Origin: Escherichia phage vB_EcoM_SP13
Reading direction: 5' to 3' (one strand)
Sequence record: OP352608
DNA: 64,000 nt
Shown here: piece by piece, positions 29,581-39,302 of the stretch
Layout of the letters: every line of letters begins with the position of its first letter
Position numbering within the stretch: the stretch's first letter is position 1
Notes under the pieces: model-generated
Told to the model about the DNA's origin: nothing
The model's input: only the letters and a program-made list of their open reading frames with translations
Databases searched by the model: none
Position numbers and translations under genes: made by a program

Positions 29581-29789
29581 TTTACGGCTTCAACCTGGAC
29601 GGGCGGCGCGGAACTTGTATCAATGTCTGGCAAGTCGAAGTAATACCCCGCCATGCCAATCACGCCAACAATCGCGGCCCGTGCCACCTTGTTGCTGATT
29701 GACTCCCCAATAAGCTTTACCAACAGGGACAAGATTTGAGACGTCAAAGCCTTTTTCAGCCTTTTGTTTTCTTCCAAATCTTTCTGCAT
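29577..29789 (-). CDS. small membrane protein (70 aa)
   Basis: GGGTGG RBS 5 nt before ATG 29789; C-terminal hydrophobic segment AAIVGVIGMAGYYF. Confidence 0.4.
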   Translation of the reverse strand: MQKDLEENKRLKKALTSQILSLLVKLIGESISNKVARAAIVGVIGMAGYYFDLPDIDTSSAPPVQVEAVK

Positions 29790-29803
29790 AACTACCACCC
29801 ATG

Positions 29804-30346
29804 TCAACGCACTTCCTGTGTCTTAACATTACCTGAAGCATCTCTTAAGGGCAGTGGATAGTAGGCCATTTGGTAGTCTGATACGCCTTCAACATGATAA
29901 AACACGATTACGTCTTTGCTGTTGATGAGCATGTTAACGACATCTGATTTATCTTCTGGAGTGAGTATGAGTGCGCCGCCTGTCCTGCTGTCTACTGCAA
30001 CAGGGTATGTCTTATCGACAAGGCCGCTGTCCAATGTATTATACCTGACAACGATTTCAGGGGCATCAACTTTTGCAATTGACATTCCGAACACAAACGA
30101 CACGACTTGGCGACCGCGATCATTCATTACGCACATCTTTTCCTTATCAAACCTTTCCTTTATCACATCATATTTGTTCCAACAAAATTCGAACGATTGG
30201 CCGTTGTTAAAATATCTCGTTAATACTTTTGCATTGCTGTTTGGCGGCGTAAACATACTTTCAGCCGCTGCACTTTTGGTGAAGAACAAAACTGTCAGCA
30301 TAGCCATGATGATGATCAAAACAATCTTTAAGTTTTTCGATTTCAT
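29804..30346 (-). CDS. secreted protein of unknown function
   Basis: N-terminal signal-peptide-like sequence MKSKNLKIVLIIIMAMLTVLFFTKSAAAE; own TTTACT-N16-TATACT promoter upstream. Confidence 0.5.
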   Translation of the reverse strand: MKSKNLKIVLIIIMAMLTVLFFTKSAAAESMFTPPNSNAKVLTRYFNNGQSFEFCWNKYDVIKERFDKEKMCVMNDRGRQVVSFVFGMSIAKVDAPEIVVRYNTLDSGLVDKTYPVAVDSRTGGALILTPEDKSDVVNMLINSKDVIVFYHVEGVSDYQMAYYPLPLRDASGNVKTQEVR

Positions 30347-30423
30347 TATAATTCACCTTTTGATTACGAATATTAATAGTATAGGCCGAAGGTTTTGAAA
30401 GTAAATAAGGCGAAAGGTAAATA

Positions 30424-30448
30424 AAAGAAAAGCCGGAGATTTCCGGCT
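30424..30448. terminator. rho-independent terminator (AGCCGGA / TCCGGCT)
   Basis: 7-bp stem, 4-nt loop, flanked by A-run and T-run. Confidence 0.55.
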
Positions 30449-30522
30449 TTATGTATACACTGTATATTAAATTCTATAAAACGACGAGATAGATTATCCG
30501 CACCAATTATTTATCTAGTGTC

Positions 30523-31500
30523 TTAGAAATACTCCATATCGGTAATATCACGGAAGCATTTATACAAAGCAGAGCGCGGCACGTCAACGATGCCAAAGTT
30601 AAAGAATTTATACGTAAGGTATTTATCGCGATAGTTTTCGCGATTCTCCCAAAGCATTTTACGCTCTGCCATAGGCATTGAACCAGCGGAGACGCGGAAA
30701 GGAATCATTTCACCTTTCTCATCCACATATTTTGGATTGACGACTACGAATGAGCCAAGGTATCCTTTCGCAACTAAACCTTCAGCCTCTTTTGAACGCT
30801 TGGTGCGACCCAATTCGTCAATGAATGCTTCGTTGTTGTTCTCCATCATCTCAACGAAGTCTATGATCAATCCTTCTTCATCGGTCCACGGCTTGTCCTT
30901 CCACACATCACGTGACTTCGGCGTCGCGCGGCCATGCTTGTATTTGCCCGTCCAAGACTTGCCATACAAGCCTTCATATCCAAGCTGGTCCGCTTCGATT
31001 TGCATCGCCGCGTACTGTTCCATATTTTCGATGTTTCGATATTCGAGAGCGCGAAGGAATGGGCGTCGACCATGGTTGATGAGATGTTGATTAACTTCAG
31101 CAACTCTAGCTCGATAGTTCGCATAACGCTTTTCAAAAGGCAAATCAGGGTCGCTGAAGTCATCAAACACCCACCATGTAAAGTTAGTGATTGCATCAGT
31201 ATTCATGCACGCAGTATAGGCCTGTTGCATGACGTTCTTGTCATTTGGATTGCCGTCGATTAGCTCTCCATCAAGTCCGTGAATTAGTTCACCCAAAAAG
31301 AGGAATTCTTTTTTGATTTGAACGTTTCTCAGCGCCATGCCGGACGTGCCCATTGGCAAGTTGTCATACGCCATTGCGCGTATTCCATCGACCTTGAATG
31401 ACAATCCGCAAGGCAGCGGCACGTCTTCGCCGCGCTCGATTATTTGCTTACGCTGGCAACCCTTCATTGGTTTTAATGCTTTGATTTCTCCTGCCATCAC
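30523..31500 (-). CDS. ATP-dependent DNA ligase
   Basis: Adenylation motif I FKVDGIR near N-terminus; 325 aa consistent with minimal phage ligases; AAGGAG RBS. Confidence 0.6.
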   Translation of the reverse strand: MMAGEIKALKPMKGCQRKQIIERGEDVPLPCGLSFKVDGIRAMAYDNLPMGTSGMALRNVQIKKEFLFLGELIHGLDGELIDGNPNDKNVMQQAYTACMNTDAITNFTWWVFDDFSDPDLPFEKRYANYRARVAEVNQHLINHGRRPFLRALEYRNIENMEQYAAMQIEADQLGYEGLYGKSWTGKYKHGRATPKSRDVWKDKPWTDEEGLIIDFVEMMENNNEAFIDELGRTKRSKEAEGLVAKGYLGSFVVVNPKYVDEKGEMIPFRVSAGSMPMAERKMLWENRENYRDKYLTYKFFNFGIVDVPRSALYKCFRDITDMEYF

Positions 31501-32090
31501 TCAAACTCCTTATTCATCACTTGTTCCAGCGCATAGGCGTAAGCCTGATCAGTAGATTTGATGAACGTTCCGTTGTACATGACACCTTTGCGGTCCTTGA
31601 TGTCTTCGTAGGCCGCTTGCGCACAGTCGGATAAGCGAAGGCCATAATCATGAGCTACGCCGGAAAGGTAATCGACTGCGGCCATGATGGTGACGTCAAT
31701 ATCCATGGTCTGATTCTTAGCAATAGCATCACCAAGCCGTCCAAGGGTCTTTGCCAGGCGAAGGATGAATGAATGAGGGTGAGCGCCTTTATCAGCACAA
31801 CCGCCGCCATTAATGTTTTCGATTTCAGTACCGTTTTGCGCCGCCAGGATGGTCAACACAACAAGACAATCGCCAATGTCGTCCTTGATTGCAGCTTGCA
31901 AGTCACAGATGGCCTGCTCTGTATATCCAATTTCAGGGTCGAAGAACACAAGGTCATGGAGTTGATCAACGTGGTCGGTTAACTCCCCAAACTCGCTGAT
32001 AAGCTTCGGGTATTGGTCCTTAAGGTCGCAACCTTGGATGATGTTACGGTCAGAAGCCCACTGGCGAATGTTTGCATAAATCTGTTTCAT
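31497..32090 (-). CDS. MazG-like nucleotide pyrophosphohydrolase
   Basis: EFGEL ... DIGDCLVVLTILA motif pattern typical of all-alpha NTP pyrophosphatases. Confidence 0.5.
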   Translation of the reverse strand: MKQIYANIRQWASDRNIIQGCDLKDQYPKLISEFGELTDHVDQLHDLVFFDPEIGYTEQAICDLQAAIKDDIGDCLVVLTILAAQNGTEIENINGGGCADKGAHPHSFILRLAKTLGRLGDAIAKNQTMDIDVTIMAAVDYLSGVAHDYGLRLSDCAQAAYEDIKDRKGVMYNGTFIKSTDQAYAYALEQVMNKEFE

Positions 32091-32606
32091 TTATTTTTCC
32101 TTTGATGCATTGAATTGATCGATTTTTATTTTAGCCTGATTATAAGTATCAATCAAGCTATTAACTTTCTCTTTTAATCGATTTGTTTCTGCGGCGAACT
32201 GAACAAGAAATCTGACATCCTCTTCTGATAGTCCACAGTTTCCTTCTGGGATAGAGAGGCGTCCAGTGGTCGCAGAGTCGGGCACACTCCTGAGTAACTC
32301 ACGGGAGCAGCTGAGTTGCTCGCGCAACTTGACATTCCCAGACTTGTAACGAGCAATAGTGTCATCAGCAACCAGTTGCGCTTCCTGGCGACCCTTCTCA
32401 TATGCCGATGCCGATTCAACCTGTAAAGTTGCAATTTGCTCTTCGAGTGCATTTATCTTGTCCTTACGCTCATTAAGCGATGTCAGATATTGATTATCCT
32501 TGGCCAGTGATGCGTTGGTTTGCTGCAGGTCTTCAACGTATGATCCAGCGGCAAACGCGCCAACAAGGGCCAGAATCTTCAGGAGCGGTACAATTCTTTC
32601 TATCAT
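32091..32606 (-). CDS. Rz-like i-spanin (putative)
   Basis: N-terminal hydrophobic anchor followed by long coiled-coil-like region; contains an embedded out-of-frame lipoprotein-like ORF. Confidence 0.4.
   Translation of the reverse strand: MIERIVPLLKILALVGAFAAGSYVEDLQQTNASLAKDNQYLTSLNERKDKINALEEQIATLQVESASAYEKGRQEAQLVADDTIARYKSGNVKLREQLSCSRELLRSVPDSATTGRLSIPEGNCGLSEEDVRFLVQFAAETNRLKEKVNSLIDTYNQAKIKIDQFNASKEK
32174..32365 (-). CDS. Rz1-like o-spanin embedded in alternative frame (putative)
   Basis: 63 aa from internal Met: MTLLLVTSLGMSSC (signal plus lipobox-like Cys), Pro-containing mature part; entirely inside 32091-32606 in another frame. Confidence 0.35.
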   Translation of the reverse strand: MTLLLVTSLGMSSCASNSAAPVSYSGVCPTLRPLDASLSQKETVDYQKRMSDFLFSSPQKQID

Positions 32607-32663
32607 GATGCACCAGATAAATAAAAGGCCGCCAATCGGCAGCCTTGTTGATTTGATTGTCGA

Positions 32664-33524
32664 TTAAAACTCTTCTGCGTCGGTCGGAGTTTCATTGACA
32701 GGGCCAGCGGCACCGCTTGCTTCTTCCTGCTTGCTGCGGTCAATGTTAACGTTGCCGCCAACTACGTCGTTGTGGAATGCCTTGGCGACTTCGTACAGAC
32801 CTTTGTCCTGCACCAGACCTTCCAGCTCAAACTTCAGAACTGACCATGTATTGCCGTCTTTGGACTGGGATGCAGTGCCCATGCGAACGATGTTCATAAA
32901 GGTCGGCGGCGTTTTCAGACCCTGCGGAGTCTGAACTTTCTTCTGCTGCAGAGCTGTCATCAGCATGCGAGACGGCTTGATCATGGAAGAAGTCAGAGAC
33001 AGCATTGCGCTACCAAATTCACCAGTTTCTTCGTTCAACAGAATTACGAAGTGGTTACGTGTATCTGCGTAGTAAGGCGATTTCTTCTCGTGCACCTTGC
33101 CGTTTTCGTCCGGCACAAACACTTTACCGTTGATCTCAACAGCGCGCCCTGCCGCGACTTCTGCATCAACGTGCTCTTTGGTGAATTCACCTTTAAAGCC
33201 TTTATCGTCGGACTCGCGACCGCCCCAAAGGATGAAGGTGCGTTTGAATGCACAAGGGATGATCTGCACGCCTTTCTTGCCGTCATACAACTCACCAGTG
33301 ACGGTGTTGTAAAGCATGCCAGCTTTTGCGCCAGGAACGTGTTTCGGATCATCTTCGTCGACCATAGGTGACATCTTCTGCAGGACGACGATAAAAGGAA
33401 TGGCATACGCATCGGCATCGGCACCTTCAAAACCAGCGCCAAAATCGGTCATGTCGACAAAATCGGCCATAGCGGACATCTGGGTGTTTTTCACTGCAAC
33501 TTCGGTGGTTTCTTTCTTAGACAT
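32664..33524 (-). CDS. single-stranded DNA-binding protein-like (putative)
   Basis: Acidic C-terminal tail ending in aromatic residue (ETPTDAEEF) as in phage SSBs; sits in replication module. Confidence 0.4.
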   Translation of the reverse strand: MSKKETTEVAVKNTQMSAMADFVDMTDFGAGFEGADADAYAIPFIVVLQKMSPMVDEDDPKHVPGAKAGMLYNTVTGELYDGKKGVQIIPCAFKRTFILWGGRESDDKGFKGEFTKEHVDAEVAAGRAVEINGKVFVPDENGKVHEKKSPYYADTRNHFVILLNEETGEFGSAMLSLTSSMIKPSRMLMTALQQKKVQTPQGLKTPPTFMNIVRMGTASQSKDGNTWSVLKFELEGLVQDKGLYEVAKAFHNDVVGGNVNIDRSKQEEASGAAGPVNETPTDAEEF

Positions 33525-33583
33525 TTGATATTTTCCTATAGTATCAAGTTTCGTGGCAACCTGATTTCAAGATAAAGGTTAAA

Positions 33584-34141
33584 TTACTTTTTGCTTTTAG
33601 GCAAGGTTATTTTAGCTTCTTTGTATTCAAAAACGCTAATATCTTCACTAACTGGATTGCCTGCTTCCAGCTGTTCTTTTACAAATGACTTCAGTGTAGC
33701 AGAATGAACGCCTTGTTTCAATGTGGCTTCAACGCCATCTTCACGCAGCGCGGCAACAATCTCTTGCGCCTGTTCGATTTCTTCGCGACCGAACTCAGCC
33801 GTGACGCTGGACTTGATCAAGCCGCCGTAACCGTTGTTGACAAGCCAATCGAAAACTTTTAATTCGTTTTCTTTCTTGATTGAAGCATTCACCTTGGACT
33901 CGACCTTGATTTTGGTCTTGTCCTCAAGCTTGATTTCAGACACACCAAGCTCATCCATTACGCCAGGAAGCAAAACAGTTTTGATTTCACTGATGCGCTG
34001 CTTTTGCATATCAGCTTCATCTTCAAGCTCTGTCAAAGCTTCTTGACGTTCTGCAAGTTCAGATACTAAGCGCGCAAGGCGCTCTTGAATGCTCTCAGGA
34101 GCGACCTGCGGCAAATCATCTTCCCAATTAATATTGCTCAT
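33584..34141 (-). CDS. hypothetical protein (coiled-coil N-terminus)
   Basis: 185-aa ORF in replication module. Confidence 0.4.
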   Translation of the reverse strand: MSNINWEDDLPQVAPESIQERLARLVSELAERQEALTELEDEADMQKQRISEIKTVLLPGVMDELGVSEIKLEDKTKIKVESKVNASIKKENELKVFDWLVNNGYGGLIKSSVTAEFGREEIEQAQEIVAALREDGVEATLKQGVHSATLKSFVKEQLEAGNPVSEDISVFEYKEAKITLPKSKK

Positions 34142-34401
34142 ATTTTACCTTCTTGCATTAGCCCTTCAACACGGGTCATTTGATAACGTTCAGGTTTCCA
34201 AGCCGCCAAAGCCTTCTCAGCGCCTTTTAAGGTTTTATATGCCTTGATGCCAGGCACAATAACGGTATTCACCCCAGCGCCGTTGCCATAATCAAACTCT
34301 TTAACAACGCGGAACATCCCGTCAATTTCTTTGACCAAAAGACGTTTGAAAGCGATTGCGCCAGTAGCTTCATTTTTGTAACGTTCAAGGATGCGTACCA
34401 T
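34138..34401 (-). CDS. hypothetical protein
   Basis: 87-aa ORF overlapping neighbour by 4 bp. Confidence 0.4.
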   Translation of the reverse strand: MVRILERYKNEATGAIAFKRLLVKEIDGMFRVVKEFDYGNGAGVNTVIVPGIKAYKTLKGAEKALAAWKPERYQMTRVEGLMQEGKI

Positions 34402-34475
34402 TTTGTGTTCCTCTGTTTCGTTTCGATGAAGTAATTATGACTCATCTTCCATGACAAGTCAAATTATTTTTGATA

Positions 34476-35999
34476 TTAATTCATCTTTTTGCCGTCGAGG
34501 ATGTGATCAGCAAGCATAGATTTCATGCTCAGTGAACGCTGAATTTCTTCATCGATGGTATCAACACCAATAAAATCAACATACAACACACTTGATTTGG
34601 TGCCGATGCGGTGATTTCGGTCTTCGGATTGCTTGCGCAGCTCGTTGTCATAGTTGCAAGAATAATAGATTGCCAAGTCGGCGGCGGTAAGCGTGATTCC
34701 GATGCCTGCCGCTGCAGCGTGGCAAACCAAAACTTGTGTTCCACCGTTCTCGACTGTGTTTTTCTGGAAGTCATCAATCAAGAACTCTCGCTGCTCTTTC
34801 GACGTTTCACCGTTGTATACACCAGTGACCACGCCTTCAGACTCAAGCCAATCCTTAATCTGGTTCATCTCTTCCTTAAAGATGGCCCACACAATGAATT
34901 TGCGCTCTGGGTCGTCTTCCAGCACCCCTTCCACATAGTCCTTAAAGGCCGTGAATCGTGGGTTGTCTTCCATGTAGACCATCTCATCATACACCTTAAC
35001 AAAGCCTGATGTCACCTGCTTCATCTTGGTGCGAGATGCGATCATCTCAAACTTAACGTTTTCTTCTTCGCCTTTGTACTCCATCAGATAGTTGTACTCA
35101 TTCTTGAGTTCATCATATACATCGCGCTGCTTAGGCGACAACTCGAAGTCGATAAACTTGTACACCTTCTCTGGAAGGTCCGGCAAGTATTCCGCTTTTG
35201 TCGCGCGGAAATAGTGCGGTTCCATCAGCCGGATAAGCTTGTCAAGGTTCTTGTACATCGGTCGGCCAAACTGGTCTTTGCGAGGCACTTGCGGAATGCC
35301 ATAACCGTTGCCGCCGATTTTCTTGAGAATGGCCTGCATCTCTGGGTCGTGCGCTTCAAGCAGGACTGTAAATTCAGAGTTGAATGCACGGAACGATTTG
35401 GTGCCAAGCAAGCCAGCTTCAAGGAAGTGATATTGCATGTAAATATCAGCAGGCGAGCGCGGCAGCGGCGTACCGGAAAGGATTCGACGGGCCTTTGCCA
35501 GCCGTCCCAATTCCACAACCTTGATGGAGCGTTTGGCTGTGTTATTTTTGATACGCGTCGATTCATCAATGATCATCAAACAGCGGTATTTCTTCAAGAC
35601 CGACTCAATGTGTTGATAACCGACTGGTGTGTTGACGGTATCAATGTTGAATGAGAAGATGCGCGCAGGCACTTCGCCTTCAGGGTAGTGATCAGCAAAC
35701 ATCTTCTCCCAAATCGCCTTGCCCTTTTTAGTCTTCATCTTGTCATTGCCGCGCCAGTAATGCCCAATCCACTTGATGGAAAGGTGTTCTGGTGCTTCAC
35801 GACGAATCCAGTTTGAGTGCACACCGTTAGGAGCGATGACAACCATGGCATCAAATGCGCCAGCGGCGAAGTGTTTTTCAAACTCTGCCAAAGCAGTCCA
35901 GGTTTTGCCAAGACCCTGCTCCATAAAATAAGCAAAGTATTTTCTGCGGCCTGCTTTATCAAGCGCCAATAATTGGTGGCGCATTCCTTGTGTTTTCAT
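34476..35999 (-). CDS. SNF2-family helicase
   Basis: Walker A GLGKT, DExx box MIIDESTRIKN, helicase C-terminal motifs. Confidence 0.7.
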   Translation of the reverse strand: MKTQGMRHQLLALDKAGRRKYFAYFMEQGLGKTWTALAEFEKHFAAGAFDAMVVIAPNGVHSNWIRREAPEHLSIKWIGHYWRGNDKMKTKKGKAIWEKMFADHYPEGEVPARIFSFNIDTVNTPVGYQHIESVLKKYRCLMIIDESTRIKNNTAKRSIKVVELGRLAKARRILSGTPLPRSPADIYMQYHFLEAGLLGTKSFRAFNSEFTVLLEAHDPEMQAILKKIGGNGYGIPQVPRKDQFGRPMYKNLDKLIRLMEPHYFRATKAEYLPDLPEKVYKFIDFELSPKQRDVYDELKNEYNYLMEYKGEEENVKFEMIASRTKMKQVTSGFVKVYDEMVYMEDNPRFTAFKDYVEGVLEDDPERKFIVWAIFKEEMNQIKDWLESEGVVTGVYNGETSKEQREFLIDDFQKNTVENGGTQVLVCHAAAAGIGITLTAADLAIYYSCNYDNELRKQSEDRNHRIGTKSSVLYVDFIGVDTIDEEIQRSLSMKSMLADHILDGKKMN

Positions 36000-36418
36000 G
36001 ACAATTCCTCTAAATACTTGATGATGTGATGAATAGTTCCCTTCACGATTATCTCACGTTGAACGTCTGCAGTATTATAACGCTTTAATTCAATAGAAGG
36101 GTGGACTAAATAAAACATCTTCTCAGAATCAACCTTAAGCAGAACAAATGATGGGTATTTCCAATCATTCCACGAAGAAAGAAAGCTGCATTGGCCTTTC
36201 TCAAATGCATTTCTGAAAGGTGCAGTGGTGGCCCTTGCAGGCCACGATTCAAAGAACTTCATTTCAAGCCAAAAGCCGCGCCCTTTCCGGTTGGTGCCGA
36301 TTACGTCCGGCACGCCATCACCAGTCATCGACTCGATTCGTTGAAGCTTCAATACCGATTCTGAATGCTTCTTCAAAGGCACGAATATGTATTTCTGCTC
36401 ACGGTTATTTGTTGCCAT
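35996..36418 (-). CDS. VRR-NUC domain nuclease
   Basis: GDGVPDVIG ... FWLEMK pattern of PD-(D/E)xK VRR-NUC nucleases; adjacent to SNF2 helicase as is common. Confidence 0.55.
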   Translation of the reverse strand: MATNNREQKYIFVPLKKHSESVLKLQRIESMTGDGVPDVIGTNRKGRGFWLEMKFFESWPARATTAPFRNAFEKGQCSFLSSWNDWKYPSFVLLKVDSEKMFYLVHPSIELKRYNTADVQREIIVKGTIHHIIKYLEELS

Positions 36419-39302
36419 CTGGATACACCTGTTTGATCACGTCAACGATGAACATGTCAATGCCTTCAAGCTTACGACCTTTCATCAGGAAGAATGCGCC
36501 GTTCCCGACGTTTTCAGCGATGTACTTCCCGTACTTCTGGAATTTCTCTGGACGAATCCTGAAGCGCATTGGCGAGTCGGTCGAGTCATCCTTGCACATA
36601 AGGTCGATGAACTGAGTCTCAAGCTTGTTCCCGTACTGGTCAAACTCTGCGTAGCGGCCATCAGCTTGAAGACCCTTTTTAAGCTTGCCGTGCTTTGTAT
36701 AGATGCCGCGCTCAAGTCGTTTACGGATGCGTGTTGCTTCGTTCTCGTCCGCAAGCACTTTCTTTGTCAACTTGCCGATTACTATTGCGCGCTCGTCATC
36801 ACCGACTTCCTTCATCTGGCGTATTGAAGCGCCGGACGTCACGCCAATCAGATAAGGGTCATTATATGCCCATCCGAACTTTGTGTGCATCTCTGTCAGG
36901 TCGCCATATTTAACTTCAGCATTGGCCAATGCATCCTTCTGCTTTTGCGTTAAGGTTCCGGCTTCACGCGCTTCGATATATTTCATCGCCTTCACCATGC
37001 CGTACCCTTTCGCGTTCATGATGCCGCCGATTAGCTTTCCGTTCGCGATGGTCCAGTTCATTGAAGAGTGATCAGGGTCGATTGGCACATAATCCACGCC
37101 TTCCTTCGCAAGTTCACGTAATATCGCAATCGTCTGGTCTTCGTCCTTAGCAGCGCGTAAGCAGGCTGCGGCAAATTCCAACGGGTAGTGTCGCTTAAGC
37201 CACAAGGTCCAGTAGGTCACGACCGCGTATGACACGGAGTGTGACTTGTTAAAGCCCCATGACCCGAACGTGGCCATCGCTTGCCAAAGCTTTCTTGCAT
37301 CCGCTTCCGGTACGCCATTATTTATTGCGCCTGCAACAAAGTCCTCTCCAAGCTTGTTAAAGTATTCTTCACCCTTACGGCCTGACATTGCCTTACGTAC
37401 AGCGGATGTTTTCGCCCAGTCGAATGAACCAATCTCTTTAACCACGGCCATGATTTGCTCTTGGTAAAGAAACACGCCGTAAGTCTCTTTTAGGTACGGC
37501 TCAATCTGCGGCACGTCGTACTCAATCGGCGCACGCCCTGCCGCGCGTTCAATGTATTTCTGGGCCATACCGGATGACAACGGGCCAGGTCGACCCAAAG
37601 CCGTCAGGTTGTCGATTTTGTTAAAGTTATCGACGTGCACAAAGTTTGTTACTGAGCGTACAGCGTCGCCTTCAAACTGGAAGATGCCTGACATCTTGTT
37701 TTCGTTAAGAATGTCAAGGACGCTTTGATCATCAAGCTTGATGCCGTAGAGCGTTTCAGCATCAATAACGCCTGTATCAGAAATAATTCCGAGAGTACGA
37801 AGGCCCAACGCATCAAGCTTCAAAAGGTTAAGGTATTCGCTGTCAGGCTTATCAATTTGTGCAATCCCTTCTGCAGTTACAGTACAGTAATCAGAGATTG
37901 GGTCATTACACACAATGATTCCCGCTGCGTGAACACCTGTGTGGGACGGGTGAATCTCAAGGTCGCCCATGCAACGCGCGGCATCAGGATATTTGGCCAC
38001 GAACTCTTGACCCGTGGTTGTTGTTGCAAAGGTATCCTCCAGGCCGTGACCATAACGGGCGTCACCGGATGAGTATTCAAGCAGTGCGTTTTTAATGTTG
38101 GCCGTTTCGTGGTATCCAATGTTGAACTTCTTACCAACCTGCGCCATTACTGAGTTGGCCTTAAGCGTGTTGATGTTGCCAAGCTTTGCAACGTTCATTT
38201 CGCCGTATTTCTCTTTAAGGTAATCAAACACCATGTAGCGTTTGGTATCTTCAAAGTCGATGTCGATGTCAGGAAGGTCGGCGCGGCTTACGTCGATGAA
38301 TCGGGCAAACAGCAGCTTATACGGGATTGGGTCCACTTCCGTGATGCCAAGGCAATAGCAAACAAGTGAACCAGCCGATGAGCCGCGAGCAGGACCGACG
38401 AGCATTTTTGTTTTTGCGAATCGTACAAGGTCCGCTACTACCAGAAAGTATGAGTCGAAATCTTTCAGCTGAATCTGGTGAATTTCTTCGTTGAAGCGGT
38501 CCTCATATTCCTGAGTCCATTCTTTGATGTGACCTGCTTTGAGACGGTACTCCATCCCCTCACGCGCAAGCTTTACCATATCACCAGCAAGGTGAATAAT
38601 CGGTGCCTTGCGTAATTTCAGGTCAAGTCCGACTATGCCGTTTGCTATGTCAACAGCATTGGCCGTTGCCTGATTCAGCTCATCTTCCGTCAAGATGCCT
38701 TTAAGCTGTTTGCGCAAGTCTTCCGCGTCAACGATGCAGTGCGGCTTGACCGTGTCGCGCACTTCCCAAGCATAAGCAAAGTCAACGTGCTCAGGTGAAG
38801 GCATGTGGTTGTATCCGGTTAAAACCAGCGGCCTTCCGTTGCTGCGGTGAGCCAACACCTGGCGCTTAGCCAAAAGGAACGATGATGGGTTGACGTCTAT
38901 ATAATCGTAGTCCTCTGGCCGCAGCAACTCCACGGCACCGCCACAGAATTTAACGACGCCATCGAGCGCACCGAACTCTGCACGGGTAAGCCCGCCGCGC
39001 TGCGTTGAAAGTGTTGTAGCGTTGTAAAAAGATTTTAAGTCAAGGGCCAATATCCAAGCCTTCGGTTTGAATCCCTTTTTCGGGTCCGCATCAGGGTCGA
39101 TGATTGGAATCTCCATCCCAAACATAGGCTTAATATCATTTTTCTGGCATTCCTTTTCCCAGCGAACGTGACCCCATGTATTGTTATCAACTAATGCCGC
39201 GACTTCGCAGCCCAACTCTTTGAGCCGTGCTATAATTTCAGGATGCCGTCCATAAACTTCTTTGAACGTGTAACCGCTGCGAACTCTCAATTGTGGAAAC
39301 AT
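36405..39302 (-). CDS. dnaE: DNA polymerase III alpha subunit-like replicative polymerase
   Basis: 965 aa; N-terminal PHP-like region and ADLPDIDIDFE motif characteristic of Pol III alpha. Confidence 0.7.
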   Translation of the reverse strand: MFPQLRVRSGYTFKEVYGRHPEIIARLKELGCEVAALVDNNTWGHVRWEKECQKNDIKPMFGMEIPIIDPDADPKKGFKPKAWILALDLKSFYNATTLSTQRGGLTRAEFGALDGVVKFCGGAVELLRPEDYDYIDVNPSSFLLAKRQVLAHRSNGRPLVLTGYNHMPSPEHVDFAYAWEVRDTVKPHCIVDAEDLRKQLKGILTEDELNQATANAVDIANGIVGLDLKLRKAPIIHLAGDMVKLAREGMEYRLKAGHIKEWTQEYEDRFNEEIHQIQLKDFDSYFLVVADLVRFAKTKMLVGPARGSSAGSLVCYCLGITEVDPIPYKLLFARFIDVSRADLPDIDIDFEDTKRYMVFDYLKEKYGEMNVAKLGNINTLKANSVMAQVGKKFNIGYHETANIKNALLEYSSGDARYGHGLEDTFATTTTGQEFVAKYPDAARCMGDLEIHPSHTGVHAAGIIVCNDPISDYCTVTAEGIAQIDKPDSEYLNLLKLDALGLRTLGIISDTGVIDAETLYGIKLDDQSVLDILNENKMSGIFQFEGDAVRSVTNFVHVDNFNKIDNLTALGRPGPLSSGMAQKYIERAAGRAPIEYDVPQIEPYLKETYGVFLYQEQIMAVVKEIGSFDWAKTSAVRKAMSGRKGEEYFNKLGEDFVAGAINNGVPEADARKLWQAMATFGSWGFNKSHSVSYAVVTYWTLWLKRHYPLEFAAACLRAAKDEDQTIAILRELAKEGVDYVPIDPDHSSMNWTIANGKLIGGIMNAKGYGMVKAMKYIEAREAGTLTQKQKDALANAEVKYGDLTEMHTKFGWAYNDPYLIGVTSGASIRQMKEVGDDERAIVIGKLTKKVLADENEATRIRKRLERGIYTKHGKLKKGLQADGRYAEFDQYGNKLETQFIDLMCKDDSTDSPMRFRIRPEKFQKYGKYIAENVGNGAFFLMKGRKLEGIDMFIVDVIKQVYPDGNK

